A DNA stretch of 64,000 bases, from assembly GCA_001600695.1 (NCBI GenBank), contig BCKQ01000012.1, positions 151,440-215,439 on the forward strand. Direction: 5' to 3'. Every line of letters starts with the position of its first letter. Position 1 is the first letter of the stretch. The notes under the pieces are model-generated. The model was given only the letters and a program-made list of their open reading frames with translations. It did no database searches and had not been told where the DNA came from. Origin of the DNA: Ascoidea asiatica JCM 7603 (taxonomy: Eukaryota; Fungi; Ascomycota). Positions 14,100 through 23,287 of this stretch are shown piece by piece. Position numbers and translations under genes: made by a program.

Positions 14100-15250
14100 C
14101 ATCAGCCGAACCAGTATAATTAACTTCTTCATCACTTTTAATAGCGTCTTCTTGCGAAAGTCTTAAAAAGTTACTTTTGGCTTCATTTTCTTTCTGCTTT
14201 TCTTTTTCATAATACTGTTCAATAGAAGAAGATTATATGGTCTGGTGTTTAAACATAAAACATCGGGTTACTAGCAGTATCGTAATACTTATTTTTGTTA
14301 GCTGGATTACTCAATATATAACCTTTTCTTAGAAGTTCCATGCATTCAGGTCAATGTAATAGGGTATGGACCTTTTCACCACAAAAGTGACAATTTGTAT
14401 ATGCCGCTTTGTCAGGCTGGGAAGGCATAAAATATCGTCCCTTTTCTGCTTTTATAACTTTGAATGCAATTTGTTCACTGGCAGTAGCTAGGTCTCCGTT
14501 GATAATATCAACTTTGTTTACCGGAATAGGGTCAGTGTTGATGCTACATTCGTTTTCACAATTGGAGTTTTGTGTATCAGATTTGATCGGGGCAAAATTA
14601 TTAGCATATGTAGTTAGAACTGCAGGTAATGAAACAGTCATTACTGCTGGGTCGTAGTATATATCAAGATTATAAGCACCAGGGTTAACAGACGAATAGG
14701 CAGCTGCATTTGCTGAAGATTTAAGTTTTGTCCAATTCTTTAATGGAGAGTAATCTTCATAACCTTCAATATAATGTTGTAACTCTGGATCAGAAGCATT
14801 CACCGTGCGCATGGTAAGTGGAAAGTGTTTGAATAAAAACCTAAGGAGGTGGATAAAAGAGACATGTTTATTGTTCTTAATAGCATATGTGACTTCGGTA
14901 AGAATATTATCTAGTGTATCAGCATCTTTTGCAGGAGACTCGCTTAAGATTTTGTCTAGTTCTTGAGATAAAGAGTACAATGGTTTCAAATATCTATCGT
15001 AAGTATTATTAATAAGGACCAGTAAATATCTTCCATAGAGTCAATAGATTCCAACTCATCAATAAGCAAAATTTGTTCTCTTTGAACAGGAGCACAAACA
15101 TATTTGACATCTGTTATGTATGCTAACGAGATGTGTGGAGTAATAGTTGGATTTAAAGTAGCAACAGTTTTATTGTTTTAACTAACTTTCCACCTGCAGT
15201 TGCAACATGAGTAGGACTAATTTGTTGTATTAATATTTCCATATTTTGAT
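14100..15250 (-). pseudogene. gag relic with degenerate zinc knuckle (approximate limits)
   Basis: ORF 14351-14989 ends CHFCGEKVHTLLH*PEC; lies between PBS and protease. Confidence 0.7.
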
Positions 15251-15436
15251 ATTAATTTTAATTTGATAAAAGCAAATTTATGTGGAATGAAATTAAAATT
15301 AAGTACGTAAAATTTTATAATAACGATTTCTTTTTTTTTTTTTTTTTTTTTTGATTATTATGCCTATTGATGAATAAAAAGATAGCAAGATACCAACAAG
15401 CAGCAGTACTTTAGCCAGCTCAACTTAACAAAAATG

Positions 15437-15453
15437 TCCGTGTACGACCTCCA
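15437..15453 (-). promoter_or_regulatory. Primer-binding site complementary to the tRNA-Gln 3' end
   Basis: Minus strand TGGAGGTCGTACACGGA matches 15/17 to the reverse complement of yeast tRNA-Gln(UUG) 3' end (TGGAGGTCTTACCCGGA, recalled sequence), directly inside the LTR end. Confidence 0.72.
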
Positions 15454-15457
15454 AACT

Positions 15458-15939
15458 TGCGAGACTTCATCACTAAGCGCACACATAACTTATCTTTCTG
15501 AAAAACGTATGGCAAAGATAAATTGATAAAATGGATATGTTTTATAATTAAAACGCCTATAGGCAAAGAAATGAATATAATCAAAAACTTATAATAAATA
15601 GAGTAAATAGAAAAATTTAAATAAAACATAATAATTGAAAAGATTTAGTTATAAAAATCAAAGGGGATAAAGTTAAAAAAATTCTTAATAAAGTAAAATA
15701 TGTTTAATTGATAAGTGAAGTAAAAATATTACTATTTTATGTTTTAACCAAAAATTCAACAATTAAAATAATTACAAATAACCAATAAATCAAATGACTT
15801 AGAGTATATAAATAATAAATAGGATCTAGTAAATTTGTAAAAATAACAATAAGATTAACTAACAGAAAATAAATTCGAATAAAAATTAAAATGCTATAAA
15901 CTATTATTGAAATTTGTTGAGGAAGTAAACATTCGTATC
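15458..15939 (-). repeat. 5' LTR of the gypsy element, truncated at 15939 by another LTR
   Basis: Direct repeat of 6951-7431; minus-strand end ...TCTCGCA lies 4 nt before the PBS; similarity stops exactly where TGTTGG begins at 15940. Confidence 0.8.
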
Positions 15940-16977
15940 TGTTGGAAATAATGGAGATCCATATATGCTAGGGTATATATTTGCTCTAACACCATAGGTG
16001 GTGAAGGTCTAAAAGACAGGTATCTATAACAAACGTAAAAGAGTTATGTAATATACAATAATGTGTGTACACTATGTTCAATTATGCATCTCGATCCAGA
16101 ATTAGGCACAAATATACATATTGTTGCATAAAGTTTCATTCATTCGCATGAAGAATACCTCAATTCACATGACCTTGCCTCAGTAAGTGTACAGGTAAAC
16201 AGATACTCGGATTCCATGTAATATTTCAGTCGCATGGCATAGGTCATGTGCGCTTACGTCAGGTATTGCGTACAAAGTAGAAAAGACGTTGAGATTGGTA
16301 CCAGCCATAGTCGTACAACCTTTAAGAGCATATTAAAGCTAAGCCACTCGGTACGAGGAGAATTAAAGAGGAGTTAGGATTTAGCGTCTATCCGCATAGA
16401 AGTTAAATCCGAAAGGCCAATCAAATCCAGGCAGAGACGCCTTCTGGATGGCTGGATGGGCTAAGCCTAGTTTCAGGTGAGATGAGGTATAATTCTCACT
16501 GCGTATACCGAATTGTCTCGGTGTAAACAGGAGACTACTGGAGATAGTCCCGTAAGGGATCTATTCCGAGTATGGCTTCGGGATTAACGATTATTCCCTG
16601 CAATTAGTGCGATTATCTACCCCACTGGAAAGCGGGCTGATTGGTTTTACTATGGTGAAATTGGAATGTGCATTTCAATTGATTTCTAATCAAGCTTTCA
16701 ACCCTTTTTACAAGGTAAACTTTATACCTACCCTGATTCTATGAAGGAATCCTGGGACTTCTGGGAATTCCCGAGAATGGTTGATAGTTCTGCTGGATCC
16801 GGTAGGGATTTCGAATTAATATAAAAGGAATCGATTTCCTCTTATTTTTTGTATAATTTATTTAGTTTTCTTTTTCGATTTTCGATTAGCAAATTATTGA
16901 TTAATTCATAGTAAGAAAAACATTGGATGATATAATTCGAAATTTTAAATTTGTAAAATGAATGAGAATTCACAGCA
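15940..16977 (+). repeat. Left arm of a ~1-kb inverted repeat; solo-LTR-like
   Basis: Starts TGTTGGAAATAAT, ends AATTCACAGCA, TATAAAAG at 16820; reverse complement of 18688-19677. Confidence 0.92.
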
Positions 16978-17015
16978 TTGTTGAGTATGCAAACTATATA
17001 TACTTGGATATGCTA

Positions 17016-17155
17016 CAGGGATGCAACACCTGGGTTGTCAAGATTTCCTATTTTTTTATCAAAGTTCAGTTTTTGGCCTCAATGTTCAAATCCGCCCTTG
17101 TCAAAATTCCTGTCATTTTGACAAAATTTCCAATTTTTCTGTCAAAATTCCAGCT
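17016..17155 (+). mobile_element. Possible end of a hAT-like DNA transposon
   Basis: CAGGGATGCAAC (cf. Ac TIR CAGGGATGAAA) followed by about four TGTCAAAATTCC-like subterminal repeats; no partner TIR found. Confidence 0.35.
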
Positions 17156-18687
17156 GTATAAATTAGTGGAATCTACCTACTACGTTTAATCATATTTCAT
17201 TTGTTATTATATTTATATTATTACTCTAATGATTAATAACTATACCAATTAATGAATTACATAATATACTATTTTTTTTCAACACAATCCAGATTGTTGA
17301 CCTCTCTACAAATTGAATATCTGACTGATAGAGCTGTTACGTCTCTGGCGGCTGCTGAACTAGGTTATTTTTATTATGCTGCATTAGGTACAACAACAAA
17401 TAGTACTATTTGTTTAGCTGAAATTACCTTACCCAAAATACCAAATACATTACACAAATTGCTGAGCGAAAGAAATAACTTCTTATTTACTTTCCAGTAA
17501 AATCCTCATTTATCAATTAGTAACTATTAGTAGGGATTAGGAATCATTAGTACATTGCCTCTTTTACTAATCTACAATACTTTTTACAAATATTTTATTT
17601 ATATAAATATGACTGAAGTTCTATATACTTATATAACTGTTTTTATGAAAATTATCAACTATACACGAGTTTTCCTACATATATATATTCAAGTATATTT
17701 TACAGCATCTCCCGGTGCAATTTTTATATTGCAACAGTGCATATTCTGAGCACATCAAACAGAGGCCTCAGAACCGGGACGATTATTCTACTGGTTGTCC
17801 GCTCCCACTAGGACGCAACTATTTACCTACTAACCGTGTATATTGTTTCACCGCGGATATAAAATAATTCCTCCAAAAAGTGGATGTCAGCTATGTGGCT
17901 CATTTGTAGGTTTACCTCGAACTACAAATCGGTTTTATTTGTAAAAAACCGTAGGTTGTCACCTTCCTTCGACGTTCCTGCAAATATATCGAACTCGTGT
18001 GCAACTTCAAACCCTAACCGATATAAAAATGTGACTTGAATCTGTCGGATGAGTATATATTGACCACTTCTACTTTATTAGAGATAACAAGAAGAAACTC
18101 GTAGTAATCTCCAGTTCTGCAATTCCCCGCATCCGTCATATACACTTAGATGCGGCCTATTATAGAATATTTCAATCAATCAAAATAATTCGGGGTGAGT
18201 ACCCCTTCTGGGGTGCATAATACAGTAACTTCAGCCATTAGTGTTCTCAAAAACGGCGGCAATCCTGATGTTGGATTCGCTTCTGGCTCAGAATTGAATC
18301 CAGGCAGGTGCGGTAGAATCGCTGGAATTTTATGATTAAGTTTGTTTTTACATGAAAAATCATTGTTAGAAAATAGCTCACCGCCCACGCTAATACACTG
18401 CCTCTTGGTTTCTGGGCTCGAGCCTCCTGTTTGGAACATCACTCTTTATGTGTAATTCGGTAAGCTCAAGTTGCTTCAAAAGTAACAGTCGAGACAATGC
18501 CGGTGTACCGACCTAGACTACGAAGCGGCACAGTCTAAACTTATACTTCTTCTGCACATCCGCAATCAAATAACTGGGGAGCAACTCTCCTTTTAAGCTA
18601 AACCCTACCAATAAAAATAATAGGTGAATGTGCGAAAACAGGTTTTATATAAGTATATTTTAATTTTATATTAATGTTTGTGTATTT

Positions 18688-19677
18688 AGTTGTGAATTTT
18701 TATTCATTTTACAAAATCGAATATATCGATTTTACGTACTTACAAACTATGTATTAATCAATTAACTCGTGCTAATCGATGATCTGAAAAGAGAACTAAA
18801 TAAATTAAATAAAAAAATAAGAGGAAATCAATTCCTTTTATATTAATTCGGGATCCCTACCGGATCCAGCAGAACTATCAACCATTCTCGGGAATTCCCA
18901 GAAGTCCCAGGATTCCTTCATAGAATCAGGGTAGGTATAAAGTTTACCTTGTAAAAAGGGTTGAAAGCTTGATTAGAAATCAATTGAAATGCACATTCCA
19001 ATTTCACCATAGTAAAACCAATCAGCCCGCTTTCCAGTGGGGTAGATAATCGCACTAATTGCAGGGAATAATCGTTAATCCCGAAGCCATACTCGGAATA
19101 GATCCCTTACGGGACTATCTCCAGTAGTCTCCTGTTTACACCGAGACAATTCGGTATACGCAGTGAGAATTATACCTCATCTCACCTGAAACTAGGCTTA
19201 GCCCATCCAGCCATCCAGAAGGCGTCTCTGCCTGGATTTGATTGGCCTTTCGGATTTAACTTCTATGCGGATAGACGCTAAATCCTAACTCCTCTTTAAT
19301 TCTCCTCGTACCGAGTGGCTTAGCTTTAATATGCTCTTAAAGGTTGTACGACTATGGCTGGTACCAATCTCAACGTCTTTTCTACTTTGTACGCAATACC
19401 TGACGTAAGCGCACATGACCTATGCCATGCGACTGAAATATTACATGGAATCCGAGTATCTGTTTACCTGTACACTTACTGAGGCAAGGTCATGTGAATT
19501 GAGGTATTCTTCTTGCGAATGAATGAAACTTTATGCAACAATATGTAAATTGAACATAGTGTACACACATTATTGTATATTACATAACTCTTTTACGTTT
19601 GTTATAGATACCTGTCTTTTAGACCTTCACCACCTATGGTGCTAGTACCAATGTATAGATCTCTATTATTCCCAACA
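18688..19677 (-). repeat. Right arm of the inverted repeat; solo-LTR-like
   Basis: Minus strand starts TGTTGGGAATAAT, ends AATTCACAACT; 18853-19512 is the exact reverse complement of 16150-16809. Confidence 0.92.
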
Positions 19678-19794
19678 CTAAATATTAATAAATAGTAATA
19701 AATAAAAAAATAAATAGTAGCAAAAATAAAAAATTAAGTAAATCGAAAAAAACAAGATCACCAGAATCCGATTCTAATGAAATTTCAATTAATC

Positions 19795-19935
19795 AATCGA
19801 GTTTAATAAATATCTTTTCAAACGCTGGCTTGGAAATATTATGAAACTTACCTTTAATTTTGTTCCATAATTCAATTGTGGATAAACCCTGTCAATGGGA
19901 TTCAACCTTAAAATTGTGTAAAACATTATCAGTTT
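19795..19935 (-). pseudogene. Possible Ty1/copia-type gag fragment
   Basis: Minus-strand translation QGLSTIELWNKIKGKFHNISKPAFEKIF resembles the copia Gag 'T..ELW..LK..F' signature. Confidence 0.33.
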
Positions 19936-21813
19936 AATTTGTTGTATCAATTACAAGTTTTCCAATTTTCGATTTCAGTTTCCTCTAGTACATTTTATTA
20001 TTTGGTTTTTGGTATAATCTAAAGAGGGTAAGACCGATAAAGGATCTAATTTGTTCCGGAAGTTGAGTTTGACAATATCATAGATTGAATACACTTTTGA
20101 TTAATAATTTCTAGCTCAATTGTTCTGGTTTCAAGATTGTTGAGTTTTTGATGATAAGCAATGATAAGTAGAATTACTGTCTGAATACGTAAGTTTTATG
20201 TAACCGGTTCTAGGATGATTTCTGGAAAAATTCCGGAAATTTGCAGAAATTTCTTTTTCATAGTTTAACTGATTTTGATTGATTGAAAATCAAATAGAAT
20301 GTAAAATAAACTTAAACGTTCTTGACTGAATATTACTATCAATAGGCAAAATACTAATTGAATTGAAATTGTTATGCTTAATGACGTCAATTTTAAAGGG
20401 ATTGAAATGAACTAATCCTAGTACCTATTTTAAAACGTTTAGCAAAATGTGACATTTGCCCATATATGAAAGCTGTTATTTTTATAAGAAACCAATAATC
20501 CCCTTTTGGGTAACATAAAATGTGATATAAAAATAATTGCCAAACTTGCGTTAACTAGATTAAACTATAATGTTGGAATTACAGACGATGTGTTAGAAAT
20601 TCAAGTGGCTGCAAAATAAAATTCTTCATTTGAGTTTTGAGAATAATATTTAATTATTTTAGGATCTTTTTTAATACTGCATATCATTGGCTAACAGTAA
20701 TGATATCATAATGCCACTCATTGATTTTTTGAAATTGATTTAATAATACTAATAAAACTTAAAAGCATAAACATAAAACATTAATACAGAGTACATCTAA
20801 GTTTAAAAGTGAATAATAATAGTAGAAAATGATACAAAAGTGTATCAAGCTTGTAACATCCAAAATTGGAAATGTAAAGCAACAGAACAATGATAAAATA
20901 ATACAGCAAAAACTAATAAATGAAACACCGAGTCCACAGCCAATTCAAAAATCCAACAAAGTTTTATGAAAAAAATTAACATGATGTAAAACGGTATCAA
21001 AAAAACTAGACCTAATATTAAATGTAACAAAAAATAAAATTCGAAGAAGAATTTGTTGTCCCCACACAAAGATACAACCATGTAACGGAAAATAATAGGT
21101 GCCGAAATAAAAAAACATATTATAACTTTTCAGATAAATTTGGTAACTAAGCGGCAGAGGTCGCGCCATGCATGCAATGCACTTTGGTAGTTACTGAAAT
21201 CCGAAATGGGACACGATCCACTTCAGTATATAGTTTCACCAATCAAGATGTCTAGAGGTTTGCCTGCAATTAACACTAATTGGTCGACCTGCTTTTGATG
21301 TTTTTGCTAATCCATTAATAGGCGTTCTTCTATTTTTATAAATCAATAATCCCTTAAATATTAGAATTAATGATAATTCTAAGAATTAAAAAAGTTGAAA
21401 TATGTAGCTTCAGTAAGTACTTTTAGTGTATTGAATATTATCTTGAGAAACCTTTCAATTACAGCGGCCTAACAAATTGTCTAGCCAATATAAAACGTAA
21501 AAAACAACTGAAAATTATGTAAAACTTAAATAAATGCAGCACAAAAAACAACGTAACCATTGTCCGGGCATGCGAAATTTCAATTTAAGTTGTACATAAA
21601 TTTGATAGTAAAATTAGCTCAATCAAAAAAAATTGGTAAGTTATTTTTGATAACATAAATATTGTAGATTGTGGTTTAGTTATGAACTGTGTTTTACCTA
21701 TTAGATTCTTTTGGTTTTGAAAACAATGCTTTGTTAAATATAAAAAAGAGATACCAAATATGAAGAAACTGTGAATATATAGGAGCTTGTGCTTTGGCGG
21801 GGACCCCGGTTGA

Positions 21814-21822
21814 GTCACGTGA
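21814..21822. promoter_or_regulatory. Cbf1/Tye7-type E-box in the GC-rich island upstream of NVJ2
   Basis: GTCACGTGA; a second GTCACGTG lies at 48679-48686 upstream of UBP15. Confidence 0.5.
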
Positions 21823-22825
21823 TTTCATGTCCTGTTGAGACAAGTGGGTGACAATCAGACCTGATGTTCGAACTGCAATCGATGCTCGCGATATGCCCAT
21901 CCGCACACGTGCCGCTGCCCTGGTTTCTTGATTTCCAGCGGCAGCAGATTGTGGTGATTCTGCTTCTGTTTCCTCTCGCCACTGCTGCCAGAACTTCTCG
22001 AAGCGTTCACTTTCCACTGGTCTGGAATTTTACTCCATCTTCTTAAAAGAGAGACTGTTTTGCTACTACTGCCATAATTAATTATTTATGTTTCTGGTTC
22101 TATTTACATTTTAATATTTAGTCGAGCAGATTCTTAATTCGTAATTCTTAATTCTTTAGTTTTAAGTATTTATTTTTTATTTTTTAATTCGTAATATTTT
22201 AAATCTTCAAATAATTTATTCATTTTAATGGATAAATTGTTGGATCTGATATTATTTTCAACAATTTTATTTAATTATTCAATTATTCAATTATTTAATT
22301 ATTTAATTATTTAATCTTCTTTATATTGGAAACTAATCAACTGAACTCATTTAAAATTCATTCACTTCAATTGTCTTCAATTTGCCAATAGGAGTTTATC
22401 TTTTTATCAAAAACCTTCATATGATATAATAACTTAGTTAATACTTTACTTTTTATTCTTATTCAAAAAAATTCAATTGATTTCAATTCAATTCAATTCA
22501 TTTCAATTCATTTTAATACAATTTTATTATTTCAATTCAATTAATTTGAATCAAATAAACTTAAATCACTTTTAATTAAAGTTAACTTAATTTTGATTTT
22601 GTCATTTTTATACACCTGTCAACAATTGATTAATAAAAAGATTAAATAAATTAAAGTAATATAAAATATTTTAAAAATATTTAAAATTATATAATTATTA
22701 AATTATTCCATTATTTTATCTGAGTTTCATTTTATTATCTTATTATCTTATTACCTTATTATATCATTATATCATTAAGTTTTAATATCATCATATAATT
22801 TTATAATCATATTATTTTATTATAA

Positions 22826-23248
22826 ATGTATTCTTTATTAAAATATTTAATAGTTTATTTAATTGGTGGTATAACTTTTATACCATTATTAATAATTTTT
22901 TCAATTTATATTTTTTTAAATTATTTACCAAAAATTAATTCAAATTTTAATTCAATTGAAGATATTAAAAATATTGAAAAAAAAAAATTTATTGAAAAAA
23001 ATAAAATTCAAAATTTAATTTTAATTAATTATTTTGATAAAAAAGATTTAATACCATATAATGAATTAAAAGCAACAGAAATTGAAGAAAAAAAAAATTT
23101 TGGTGTAAATGGTTTTAAAACTGGTTGGATAATTTTAACAATTGATTATTTTGATTATTGTTTAAGTCAAAATTTAATTTCTCAAGAATCTTATAATAGA
23201 CTATTTGGTCATTTAAATATTAATAATAATAACAATAATAACTCAGAA

Positions 23249-23287
<39 letters not shown>

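Larger units (their letters stand above)
6951..15939 (-). mobile_element. Degenerate Ty3/gypsy LTR retrotransposon (multiple stops and frameshifts)
   Basis: Minus-strand domain order Gag (CHFCGEKVH knuckle) - PR (LYDTGA) - RT (RLPQGFKNS, YLDDV) - RNase H (TDCSAL..IIRW) - IN (SHENHGH; AYHPKANG), bounded by diverged ~480-bp direct repeats and a PBS. Confidence 0.9.
15940..19677. other. Candidate regional centromere / invertible unit: IR arm - 1.7-kb core - IR arm
   Basis: Architecture plus location in a 17-kb gene-free transposon cluster; function is inferred, not shown. Confidence 0.5.

Noticed and set aside
16978-18687. Mating-type flip-flop cassette
   Set aside because: No HMG, alpha-box or homeodomain ORFs and no SLA2/DIC1-type neighbours
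15940-19677. Single DNA transposon or DIRS element with 1-kb terminal inverted repeats
   Set aside because: Each arm has its own TGTTG...CAACA-like ends and TATA like an LTR; no TSD, intact transposase or tyrosine recombinase is visible
20571-20620. Third LTR start (TGTTGGAATT)
   Set aside because: No similarity to the arms beyond ~8 bp and no matching end
21814-21950. Point centromere starting at CDEI-like GTCACGTG
   Set aside because: Followed by GC-rich DNA, not an AT-rich CDEII and CDEIII
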